Positions 26,730-35,597 of a stretch of 64,000 bases of DNA are shown here, piece by piece (positions within the stretch are counted from its first letter, which is position 1; every line of letters starts with the position of its first letter). The stretch is from positions 31,938 to 95,937 of the forward strand of contig CAYNSQ010000001.1 of assembly GCA_964400155.1 (NCBI GenBank). Direction: 5' to 3'. The DNA comes from an uncultured Candidatus Saccharibacteria bacterium (GTDB lineage: Bacteria; Patescibacteriota; Saccharimonadia; Saccharimonadales; UBA10212). Position numbers and translations under genes: made by a program. The notes under the pieces were generated by a model that searched no databases, had not been told where the DNA came from, and saw only the letters and a list, made by a program, of their open reading frames with translations.

Positions 26730-28547
26730 ATGGATATCCGCTCAGGCAAATTTATTGTCATAGAAGGTTCAGACGGCTCTGGTAAAAAAACACAGTTTGA
26801 ACTTCTGTCATCTCGATTGCAAGCAGCAGGCTATAAGGTGGATATGTATGATTTTCCGAGATATGAACAGACTTCAGCACATTTCGTTAAAAAATACCTA
26901 GCTGGAGAATATGGTGACTCAGACTCTGTTAACCCATATACAGCTTCAATGTTTTACGCTCTTGATAGATATGAAGCATCTTTTGAAATCCGTCGTTCAC
27001 TCTCAGATGGCCATATAGTACTGGCAAATCGCTTTGTTGGTTCTAACATGGCGCATCAAGGAGCTAAATTTGGCACAGAAGGCGAAAAAAGAGGTTTCTT
27101 TATGTGGGAAGACAGCTTAGAGTTCCAATTGCTTGGAATTCCCCGTCCGGACTTAAACATATATTTAAAGGTACCGGCTGAAGTTTCATATGATTTGATT
27201 ATTAAAAGATCGCAAACCTCTGGAGTACCTTTAGATGAACATGAAAAAGACTTACGTTTTCTATGTAAAAGCGTTGAGTCTTATGATTTACTGTGTAAAT
27301 TATTTCCGAAGGATTACATCTTAATTGACTGTACCAAGAATGGTCAGATTTTACCTATATCTAAAATTAGCGACGAAATTTGGCAGCATATTCAACCCGT
27401 AATTACTGAAGTACCTAAAGGAACACCAAAACCCCTATCGCACAAAATTAGTAAGCAGGTAAATGATAACAACAGAGTAAAAACTTCTCATAATCAAGCG
27501 GCAACTGAGAGCGGAGGCACAAAACATACCTTACTTGATGCGGCATTACTAGGCTGTTATGCAAATTATGATTATGAAAGAATAAAATTTGAAACATCGC
27601 CAAAACTTCAGGCAATCTTAAAACAATACAGTTCTCAGGCTCATACTCTAGAAAAAACTGTTACTAATTTTGAAAAAATATTTGATAAGAAAATAATAAA
27701 CTCACGCTTTAGCGCTAAGAAAATAAAAAAAACAAAAAGCCAGGTTTTAAGCTCACTGCTTCCTGGCTATGCACTGGGTATCACAAGTTTAACCGGTGAT
27801 TTCACACAGCCTAATGGTCTTACAGACGAAAAGCTTTTTAAGCAAATAGATAATGTTATTGGTAGTAGTTCGTCCTACCAACCAGCACCAGAAAATGATT
27901 CAAGCATCGTCAACTTAATAAACGTTTTACCCAGAAATGAACTTGATTTGTTGGTCCCTGTAGTATTTTCTTTAAACATAACTAACATTCAATCATTAAG
28001 GGACGACTTAGATGAGGCAGATTACCAAAGAAGATCAAAACTACTAAAACAAACACTACTATCAAACAAGACACTACCAAATGAAGTACTTTTAAAAAGT
28101 TCCATTTATCAAATTGAACTTAATTGTTCACTAGCCCATTTCAATCAACTTTTAAAATTTGCTAAACCTAACAATATTATCATTCAAAATTTGTCGCCAA
28201 TACTCGGCTACTCTATACCTTCAATGATAGATGATTTAGCTTTAGCAGAAGAGTACTCAGAGTGTTTTGATGCAAGTGTAGCTCTTTACAGCCATATACA
28301 AAAAGGACATGGCAACAGTCTTGCAGCCTATGCTCTTTTGGGAGGCCATAAGCAACGGATTTTGATTAACTTAGACCTTTCTAACATAGTTAGCTTGATA
28401 ACGTCTCAGCGCGTTGAAAAAAGTGTTTCTGGTTTTGTCAGAGTGGCTACTAAAGAACTCATAACTTCAATAAACGAATTTCATCCGCAAATTGGAGACT
28501 TTTTAAACTCTCAATACAAAACTCCAAAAAGGACTAAAAACAACTAG
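26730..28547 (+). CDS. tmk: thymidylate kinase domain fused to a ~380-aa uncharacterised C-terminal domain
   Basis: N-terminal 220 aa carry the Tmk P-loop (FIVIEGSDGSGKKTQ), DRY motif (ALDRYEAS) and LID region. Residues ~230-605 have no motif I recognise. Confidence 0.7.
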   Translation: MDIRSGKFIVIEGSDGSGKKTQFELLSSRLQAAGYKVDMYDFPRYEQTSAHFVKKYLAGEYGDSDSVNPYTASMFYALDRYEASFEIRRSLSDGHIVLANRFVGSNMAHQGAKFGTEGEKRGFFMWEDSLEFQLLGIPRPDLNIYLKVPAEVSYDLIIKRSQTSGVPLDEHEKDLRFLCKSVESYDLLCKLFPKDYILIDCTKNGQILPISKISDEIWQHIQPVITEVPKGTPKPLSHKISKQVNDNNRVKTSHNQAATESGGTKHTLLDAALLGCYANYDYERIKFETSPKLQAILKQYSSQAHTLEKTVTNFEKIFDKKIINSRFSAKKIKKTKSQVLSSLLPGYALGITSLTGDFTQPNGLTDEKLFKQIDNVIGSSSSYQPAPENDSSIVNLINVLPRNELDLLVPVVFSLNITNIQSLRDDLDEADYQRRSKLLKQTLLSNKTLPNEVLLKSSIYQIELNCSLAHFNQLLKFAKPNNIIIQNLSPILGYSIPSMIDDLALAEEYSECFDASVALYSHIQKGHGNSLAAYALLGGHKQRILINLDLSNIVSLITSQRVEKSVSGFVRVATKELITSINEFHPQIGDFLNSQYKTPKRTKNN

Positions 28548-28587
28548 TAATATCTCTGTTGATATGTTAATATATTGTTAATCTGAT

Positions 28588-28676
28588 CACCAAAGACAGT
28601 AGCGTTTCGCTTCGGCGGGATTAAGTAGGCTACCGAGGTAGAGCAATCAAACAGTATTGATGTAAAGTCTTTGGAA
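28588..28676 (+). promoter_or_regulatory. putative structured ribosomal-protein L10 leader (rplJL autoregulatory RNA)
   Basis: An 8-bp long-range helix (CCAAAGAC 28590-97 / GTCTTTGG 28667-74) encloses nested stems (GTAGC/GCTAC, CGC-UUCG-GCG tetraloop). It sits in the 225-nt untranslated leader of rplJ. Confidence 0.4.
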
Positions 28677-28773
28677 CTCAGTAAATACCGGTGTTTCTGA
28701 AGACTTTTTAGTTAGCACGGTGTAAAACACATTAACAATTCGGAATATGTAGTAAACAATTTAAGGAGAGAAT

Positions 28774-29304
28774 ATGGCTTTAACAAGAGACAAAAAAGTC
28801 GAGATTCTAAACCAACTTAGTGAATTACTTGCCAGCTCTAAATTAACTGTTTTGGCTCAATATAGTGGCACTTCAGTAAAAGCAATGCAAGAACTGCGAA
28901 CAACAGCTAAAGATAGCAACACTAAAGTAATGGTTATGAAAAACCGATTATTCAAAAAAGCACTAAGTTCCAACAATGTATTTAAAGATGTTGAAACTGG
29001 CGAAATAAAAGGACAGCTACTCTACGCGTTTAACGCTAATGATGAAGTAGCGCCAGCTCAGGTCTTAGCAGCATTCGCAAAAACTCAAGAACAGATTAAG
29101 TTTGTTGGTGCAATAAATTCACAAGGTGATTTCTTAAGCGCTGAAGATGTCAAAGCGCTTGCATCATTGCCAAGCAAAGACATTCTCAGGGCCCAGTTAG
29201 TAGGCACTTTAGCCGCACCACTCAGTGGTTTTGTCAATGTAACAGCTGGTAACTTAAGAGGTCTGATAAATGTTTTGAATGCTCATGCAGAAGCAACTAA
29301 TTAA
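28774..29304 (+). CDS. rplJ: ribosomal protein L10
   Basis: 176 aa. [42 protein letters not shown] is an L10 N-terminus. RBS AAGGAG. Confidence 0.9.
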   Translation: MALTRDKKVEILNQLSELLASSKLTVLAQYSGTSVKAMQELRTTAKDSNTKVMVMKNRLFKKALSSNNVFKDVETGEIKGQLLYAFNANDEVAPAQVLAAFAKTQEQIKFVGAINSQGDFLSAEDVKALASLPSKDILRAQLVGTLAAPLSGFVNVTAGNLRGLINVLNAHAEATN

Positions 29305-29324
29305 TTAAATCAAGGAGAATATTA

Positions 29325-29747
29325 ATGTCAGAAGAAGTAAAGAAAGAATTTAATAAAATTGAAGTTCCTAAAGAATTCAAAGAGTTAGTAGAAAAATTAG
29401 ATAAACTCAGCGCATTGGAAATTTCAAAGTTTGTTCAATTCCTAGAAGAATACTGGGGAGTTAGTGCGGCTGCTCCTGCTGTCGCAGTTGCAGCAGCTCC
29501 AGCCGGCGGTGATACTGGACCGGTTGCCGATGAAAAAAGCGAGTTTGACGTTGTACTTAAAGATCCAGGCGCTCAAAAAGTCGCCGTTATTAAGGCAGTA
29601 AAAGACATTACTGGTCTTGGACTTGGTGAAGCAAAAGCAATTGTTGATGCTGCACCAAAACCAGTCTTAGAAAAGGCTAATAAAGAAGATGCTGAAGCCG
29701 CCAAAAAGGCACTTGAAGATGCCGGTGCAACAGTAGAGTTAAACTAA
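29325..29747 (+). CDS. rplL: ribosomal protein L7/L12
   Basis: Ala/Pro hinge ([15 protein letters not shown]) and the C-terminal domain ([32 protein letters not shown]...ATVELN). Confidence 0.93.
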   Translation: MSEEVKKEFNKIEVPKEFKELVEKLDKLSALEISKFVQFLEEYWGVSAAAPAVAVAAAPAGGDTGPVADEKSEFDVVLKDPGAQKVAVIKAVKDITGLGLGEAKAIVDAAPKPVLEKANKEDAEAAKKALEDAGATVELN

Positions 29748-29765
29748 AAACCTATACTTGATTAG

Positions 29766-29806
29766 AAAAACACGGAGTAGACTGTATCTTGCTCCGTGTT
29801 TTTTTA
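29766..29806 (+). terminator. rho-independent terminator after rplL
   Basis: AAAAACACGGAG-loop-CTCCGTGTTTTTTT: 12-bp stem, 14-nt loop, T7 tail. Confidence 0.8.
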
Positions 29807-29931
29807 TCCACAGAATTGCCTATCTCTTTTGACTTAAGTGGATGTCTATGGTACTTTCAAGGCAGTTAGTTCATTTATCAAAAGAGGTAAATCAGAAAAA
29901 TAAAGATGAGTGAGCTTTGGGAACAAAATAA

Positions 29932-30444
29932 ATGACCGACATTCCAGAAAAACAGATAAAAAGACTTAGGGCGCTTATCACTGAAGCTGAGACAAGTTTA
30001 GGGGCAGCTAAAGAATTGATAGTATCTCTTGTTGGCGATGACCCAGTACTGACCGAAAAAGTCATAGACAAGGCCCTTGGGAAAGTCATAGAGGGGGTGT
30101 TTGATGGCCAAGCAATGGTCGGAAGCGATGGCAAAAACTATCCTGTTCCCGCAAATTACGCAAGCAAGTCCAAGTTGGTTCAGGGAGATATCCTTAAATT
30201 GACGATAGCCAGCGACGGAGCATTTATGTATAAACAGATAGGACCGATACCTCGAAAGCAGTTAGTAGGAATGTTGAACCAAAAAGACGGACACTACTTT
30301 GTGGACGTAGGTGATAAACAGTACAGAGTACTGCTTGCAAGTGTTACCTACTTTAAGGCAAAGTCAGGTGATCAAGTTAGTATAAACGTACCTGAAGACG
30401 ATAGCGTCAATGCTGAGTGGGCTGCTTTGGAAGCAGCACTTTAA
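29932..30444 (+). CDS. hypothetical soluble protein (170 aa)
   Basis: ORF with an RBS. No motifs recognised. It sits where rpoBC normally follow rplL. Confidence 0.45.
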   Translation: MTDIPEKQIKRLRALITEAETSLGAAKELIVSLVGDDPVLTEKVIDKALGKVIEGVFDGQAMVGSDGKNYPVPANYASKSKLVQGDILKLTIASDGAFMYKQIGPIPRKQLVGMLNQKDGHYFVDVGDKQYRVLLASVTYFKAKSGDQVSINVPEDDSVNAEWAALEAAL

Positions 30445-30566
30445 TTGGCACTATTCCCAATTCTTACCTCTGTGATAACAATATCAGTACTAAATGACAT
30501 AGCTGCATCAATATGGTGTTTTTTTGACAGATGACTGCTGGGTCGTTTGACTGATAGACTAAGTAC

Positions 30567-32042
30567 ATGGGGAAGGCATTATATAGAAAACATCGATCAA
30601 CTTCTTTTTCTGAAGTTATTGGACAAGAACACATCACAGATACTCTTTCTAATGCTATAGCTAGCGACAAAATTAGCCATGCATACCTATTTTCCGGCCC
30701 CAGAGGAGTAGGGAAAACAAGTACAGCACGGATTCTAGCACATGAAATTAACCAGCTTGATTACTCAGATTCAAACCAACATTTGGACATTATTGAAATA
30801 GACGCAGCCAGTAACAGACGAATAGATGAAATTCGAGATCTTCGTGACAAAGTAAATATCCCTCCTACATCGTCAAAATATAAGGTCTACATAATTGATG
30901 AAGTCCATATGCTCACTAAAGAAGCTTTTAATGCTCTACTTAAGACGCTGGAAGAACCGCCAGAGCATTGTGTTTTCATCTTAGCAACAACAGAACCACA
31001 TAAGGTACCTGAAACTATAATAAGTCGTACTCAGCGTTTTGATTTTAAAAAAATTGATAACATCCAAATTGCTGAACATTTGAGAGAAATTTCGGTTAAA
31101 GAAAAAATTAATATAACTGATGAGGCACTTTTACTGATTGCTCGTCATGGTAGAGGTAGCTTCCGAGACAGCATAGGAATGTTAGACCAACTGTCCTCGC
31201 AAAGTAATAAAATTGAAGAAAACGACGTCCGCACTGTGCTTGGTATGCCTAGTACGGACAAAACTGCTGCTATTCTTAGTGCAGTCTCGAACAACGACGT
31301 TGCAAGCTTAGGTGCAATATTGCAAGATTTAGAAGACAATCAAACCAACATTAGTGGTATTTGTTATGCTTTGGCGGATAGCGTGAGAGAAGAAATTATC
31401 AATGGCGAAGTTTCAACAAAAAAACTTAATTTGCTTAAAGATTTAATTAATGTCGAAAGTTCTGCGATGCCATGGCAAAAACTCTTAATAGTTTTAACAG
31501 AGTCAATGGACTATGAGAATAGAGATAAAGATATTGTGGTTGCTGATAAAATCCCGCTATTAAATCAGGATCAAGCACTTACAAACCATAAAGAAAAAGA
31601 GTTAAGCAAAATTAAACATACTACTAGACCATCATCCAGAGAAGAAACAACCATTTCTACTGAAAATACAAAAGGCACTACAAATGACTACAACGACATT
31701 ATAGATTGGTGGCCAGAAGTAGTTGGAAAAGTTAAAGACCAGGCCGCGTCTATCTACACCGCCTTGCGACTCGGTACGCCAATTCTACGTGATAAACACT
31801 TGGAATTAGTTTTTCAGTTTCCATTGCACCAAAAAAAAATTGATACTGCAAAAAATAAAGATATTCTATCGAGCATTATTACCGATGTGACCGGCAAAGT
31901 TTATCTTATCTCAACTAGTGTAGATCAAAGTCTGAAACATTCTGCAGACAAACCATCTACAAACCAAAAGTCAACTACCGACGATCCTACTTTGTCTTCC
32001 ATTAGCAATATATTTGGTAGTGCGGAAGTGCTAGAATCCTAA
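30567..32042 (+). CDS. dnaX: DNA polymerase III subunit gamma/tau
   Basis: AAA+ clamp-loader motifs: Walker A (GPRGVGKTSTARILA), Walker B (YKVYIIDEVHML), sensor (SRTQRF). No four-Cys zinc module is evident in the 491-aa translation (single Cys in HCVFILATTE). Confidence 0.88.
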   Translation: MGKALYRKHRSTSFSEVIGQEHITDTLSNAIASDKISHAYLFSGPRGVGKTSTARILAHEINQLDYSDSNQHLDIIEIDAASNRRIDEIRDLRDKVNIPPTSSKYKVYIIDEVHMLTKEAFNALLKTLEEPPEHCVFILATTEPHKVPETIISRTQRFDFKKIDNIQIAEHLREISVKEKINITDEALLLIARHGRGSFRDSIGMLDQLSSQSNKIEENDVRTVLGMPSTDKTAAILSAVSNNDVASLGAILQDLEDNQTNISGICYALADSVREEIINGEVSTKKLNLLKDLINVESSAMPWQKLLIVLTESMDYENRDKDIVVADKIPLLNQDQALTNHKEKELSKIKHTTRPSSREETTISTENTKGTTNDYNDIIDWWPEVVGKVKDQAASIYTALRLGTPILRDKHLELVFQFPLHQKKIDTAKNKDILSSIITDVTGKVYLISTSVDQSLKHSADKPSTNQKSTTDDPTLSSISNIFGSAEVLES

Positions 32043-32051
32043 GACAAACAC

Positions 32052-33410
32052 ATGGCAAACAATGACAACCAGACAACCCATCCACATAACCTAGATGCTG
32101 AAGCGAGCATGCTTGGAGCTGTACTAATTGATCCTGAAAGCATGATTAAGGTTAGAGATGTAATTGATGAAAACGATTTTTATGATCCTAAGAATAAAGC
32201 TATATATAAATCAATGCGTACTCTTCATGATAGAAGAAGTCCAATTGATATTTTAACTCTTTCAGAACAATTAAAATCAGCAAAGCAATTAGATAGTGTC
32301 GGGGGTGCATCATATTTAACAGAACTAACCTCATTTGTCCCTACGGCAGCACATATAGAACAATACGCCCAGATTGTAGCTGAAAAATCTGTGCGTCGCA
32401 GACTGATTAAAGCCAGTTCGGATATAGCAGATGTTGGTAAAGATGACAGCAAAAGCCTTCAAGAATTAATAGAAGAGGCTGAGAGTAAACTTTTTGAGGT
32501 AAGTAAACAACATATAAAACAGGATATAACTTCTCTCGAATCGATTTTAGGTGACAGTTTTGACAGATTGGATGATTTGCATCGGAATAAAGGTGGTGTA
32601 CGTGGAATACCAACAGGTTTTTCACAACTTGATCGCACGTTAGCAGGTCTGCAAAGATCTGATTTGTTTGTACTGGCAGCTCGTCCTAGTATGGGAAAGA
32701 CAGCTCTGATGCTCAATATTGCTCTAAACGTCGCTACAAAAGCAAAGCAGGGTGCAGTATTGATTTTTAGTCTTGAAATGAGTAAAGAACAACTAGTGGA
32801 TCGTTTACTGGCCGCAGATGCCGGTGTAGAAGCCTGGCGACTCCGTACCGGAGAAGGTCTAACGGATGATGATTTCGAAAGAATAAGTGCAGCAATGGGT
32901 GAATTAGCCGAAGCACCAATATTCATAGACGACACTTCGGGTATAACTGTAAGTGATTTACGGACCAAAGCGCGTCGACTAGACCACGAACATCCATTAG
33001 CGGCTATAATGGTTGACTACTTACAATTAATGAGTGGTGGTTCAAGATTTGCAACGGTATCAAACCGGGTCCAAGAAATATCTGAAATTAGCAGGTCCTT
33101 AAAAATTTTAGCTAGAGAACTTAACGTACCAGTTATTGCATTGTCCCAACTAAGTCGTTCAGTAGAAAACCGAAGTCCGCAAATCCCTCAACTAGCTGAT
33201 CTTAGGGAGTCAGGATCTATCGAACAGGATGCTGACGTAGTTGCGTTTATATATAGAGAAGATTACTACAATCCCGAGAGCTCACGTCAAAATATTACAG
33301 ACATAATGATTAAAAAGCATCGTAATGGACCCATTAGAAACATAGAACTTTATTTTGACCGAGACAAACAACGTTTTCGTGACCTAGACACTAGACACAC
33401 CGAAGGGTAA
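32052..33410 (+). CDS. dnaB: replicative DNA helicase DnaB
   Basis: N-terminus (NLDAEASMLGAVLIDPE). RecA-like core: Walker A (ARPSMGKTALMLNIA), Walker B (IMVDYLQLM), and SQLSRSVENR. Confidence 0.9.
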   Translation: MANNDNQTTHPHNLDAEASMLGAVLIDPESMIKVRDVIDENDFYDPKNKAIYKSMRTLHDRRSPIDILTLSEQLKSAKQLDSVGGASYLTELTSFVPTAAHIEQYAQIVAEKSVRRRLIKASSDIADVGKDDSKSLQELIEEAESKLFEVSKQHIKQDITSLESILGDSFDRLDDLHRNKGGVRGIPTGFSQLDRTLAGLQRSDLFVLAARPSMGKTALMLNIALNVATKAKQGAVLIFSLEMSKEQLVDRLLAADAGVEAWRLRTGEGLTDDDFERISAAMGELAEAPIFIDDTSGITVSDLRTKARRLDHEHPLAAIMVDYLQLMSGGSRFATVSNRVQEISEISRSLKILARELNVPVIALSQLSRSVENRSPQIPQLADLRESGSIEQDADVVAFIYREDYYNPESSRQNITDIMIKKHRNGPIRNIELYFDRDKQRFRDLDTRHTEG

Positions 33411-33422
33411 ACTAAAAACGTA

Positions 33423-34625
33423 ATGTTAAAATTTCGGGAGTTATACAGTTTTGCTTTTTGGCGTGACTTTATTAAGATCTATCATCTAAAAGGTGCTTTT
33501 TTAGTCGTTGTTGTTTTTATAAGTATTTTTTGGCAAATTGGTACATACTCAGCAGGTTTAAGTAAATCAGAACTTACTCAGTACCAAGCAAGTCAAAGTT
33601 TAAATACAATTTATGAAAATCCAGTTAACGCACCTTATAAATTAGTTGAATATGGATTTATAAAACTAGGTTTAGAAAAAAACCTTGCTTCTAGACTTCC
33701 GTCAGCATTTGTTGCAGTGACATTTGTACTTGCACTTTACATTACAGTTAGAAAACTACTGGGTAGATTTTATGCTGGAATGTGTCTGTTTTTGTTAATT
33801 GGTACGCCACTATTTTTAATTCTAAGTCGTAGCGGTAGTGGAAATAATGCAATATTAATGATTATGACATGTGGAGCTGCGCTATATTTACTAACTAGAC
33901 GATTTTCTAACCCCTCATACCTTCTACTTCTCCTTGTAACCCTAACTCTAGTAACGTCATTTTATGTAGCTGGCGTCTTGTGGTATTTATTACTGTTTGC
34001 ATTTATATATCGCAACAAAATTTCTAAACATCTTACACAAATACAAAGAAACAGGCTAATTTTGTTTAGCATTGTTTTACTTACTCTATTAGCACCCCTA
34101 ATTTTAGCTCTGGCATCTAGTGTTACTGTTTTTAAAGAATGGTTGATGTTGCCTGCCTACATGCCAGCAATAAGTGAATTCGCGATGCGTATTATATGGT
34201 ATCTTCCATCAATAGTTATTGTTACAAGGGATTACAGTGAATTTAATGTAGGTACCGAGCCACTAATCAATATTGCCTTGCTTGCCATTGTCACTATTGG
34301 GTTGGCCGCCTCCTTTATGCAAGGTAAGGAATTACTTTCAAAGCTAAAATTATTCATTATTATAAGCTTTTTACTCTATCTATTAACCGGTAGGTTTGAG
34401 ACCTTAATTGTCATAGTCCCTGTAGTAGTTGTTCTTGCTACTACTGGTCTAAAATATCTTTACAAAGAATGGAAAAACGTTTTCCCAAACAATCCAATTC
34501 CCAAAGAATTAGCCTTTTTTATGATAAGTTTTGTTTGTATTTTGCAAGCTTTCTATGGGTTCCATGTAGCGCACCGTGTATGGCCAGCAACTACAGAGAC
34601 TAAAAAACTTTACGTGATAAAATAG
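33423..34625 (+). CDS. polytopic membrane protein, unknown function (~11 TM)
   Basis: 400 aa, almost entirely hydrophobic helices. Inserted between dnaB and ybaB. Family not assignable from sequence alone. Confidence 0.5.
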   Translation: MLKFRELYSFAFWRDFIKIYHLKGAFLVVVVFISIFWQIGTYSAGLSKSELTQYQASQSLNTIYENPVNAPYKLVEYGFIKLGLEKNLASRLPSAFVAVTFVLALYITVRKLLGRFYAGMCLFLLIGTPLFLILSRSGSGNNAILMIMTCGAALYLLTRRFSNPSYLLLLLVTLTLVTSFYVAGVLWYLLLFAFIYRNKISKHLTQIQRNRLILFSIVLLTLLAPLILALASSVTVFKEWLMLPAYMPAISEFAMRIIWYLPSIVIVTRDYSEFNVGTEPLINIALLAIVTIGLAASFMQGKELLSKLKLFIIISFLLYLLTGRFETLIVIVPVVVVLATTGLKYLYKEWKNVFPNNPIPKELAFFMISFVCILQAFYGFHVAHRVWPATTETKKLYVIK

Positions 34626-34651
34626 ACCAAACTAAGATATGGAGATTTAAT

Positions 34652-34945
34652 ATGAGTAAAATGGATCAAGCAAAACTTTTAATGAAAGCACGTAAACTTC
34701 AAAAAGAGCTACAAAATGAAATAATTGAAGTGGAAGCTGGTGAAGGGGCTGTAAGAGTAGAGATTACTGGAGAACAAAAAATTAAAAAAATCCACATTGA
34801 TCCGGAAATGATTGATTTAGACGACATAGGCCAGTTAGAAAACTGGCTTCAGGAGGCCGTCAGAGAAGCAATCAGTGAGAGTCAAAAACTAGCGGCTGAA
34901 AAAATGCAACCAATGATGAGTCAATTGGGGAATTTAGGGCTTTAG
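34652..34945 (+). CDS. ybaB: YbaB/EbfC nucleoid-associated protein
   Basis: 97 aa. MSKMDQAKLLMKARKLQKELQ...GAVRVEITGEQKIKKIHIDPEMIDLDDIGQLENWLQEAV matches YbaB. Confidence 0.85.
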   Translation: MSKMDQAKLLMKARKLQKELQNEIIEVEAGEGAVRVEITGEQKIKKIHIDPEMIDLDDIGQLENWLQEAVREAISESQKLAAEKMQPMMSQLGNLGL

Positions 34946-34954
34946 AAATATAGT

Positions 34955-35566
34955 ATGGGTTCGTCGTACATACCAAGTGCTCTAGCAGAGTTGATTGAAG
35001 CATTGTCGCAACTTCCTGGAGTTGGTAGCAGAAGCGCTGAACGCTATGCGTATTATTTGTTTAAATCACCTCCACAAAAGTCGCAAAAAATTGAGAATGC
35101 ATTAAAAGAGATTCATAAACGCCTTAAATTTTGTCCAGTTACATTTGCTCTTATTGACAGTGAAGAAGAGGTCAGCTCGCTTTATTCTGACGATTCCAGA
35201 GATAAGTCAGTTGTAGCTGTTGTGGCTGACCCATTTGATATTGTTGCCTTAGAAGCTACTGGTGCCTACCGAGGGACTTACCATTCCCTCGGTGGGTTAA
35301 TTTCCCCAATAGATAATATTGGCCCTGAACATCTACATATTAAAGAGTTAGTCGAACGTACAAAAAAAGACAATGTTAAAGAATTAATTTTTGCGGCTAA
35401 CACTTCCGTAGAGAGCGAAACTACATTGCTTTACATTACTCAATCACTAGGCAGCAAAGCTCCAAAAATAACACGTCTTGCACGAGGTTTGCCTGTAGGC
35501 GCAGAACTTGAATACACTGATCAAATAACGCTAACAAGTGCCCTTGAGGGTAGACAGACCATTTAA
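34955..35566 (+). CDS. recR: recombination protein RecR lacking the C4 zinc finger
   Basis: HhH (LIEALSQLPGVGSRSAERYAYYLF), Toprim and C-terminal regions are present. Only one Cys (LKFCPVTF) lies where CxxC-x-CxxC normally sits. Confidence 0.85.
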   Translation: MGSSYIPSALAELIEALSQLPGVGSRSAERYAYYLFKSPPQKSQKIENALKEIHKRLKFCPVTFALIDSEEEVSSLYSDDSRDKSVVAVVADPFDIVALEATGAYRGTYHSLGGLISPIDNIGPEHLHIKELVERTKKDNVKELIFAANTSVESETTLLYITQSLGSKAPKITRLARGLPVGAELEYTDQITLTSALEGRQTI

Positions 35567-35597
35567 CATACTCCTTAAACTGGTACAATAATACCTA

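Noticed and set aside
30445-30670. Possible SRP RNA (ffs) upstream of dnaX, plus the minus-strand 68-aa ORF
   Set aside because: ffs-dnaX-ybaB-recR is a common synteny, so I looked for the domain IV motif (AGGUCCGGAAGGAAGCAGC-like, GNRA-capped helix) on both strands and did not see it. The ORF overlaps the dnaX start and is probably noise. A covariance-model search would settle it.
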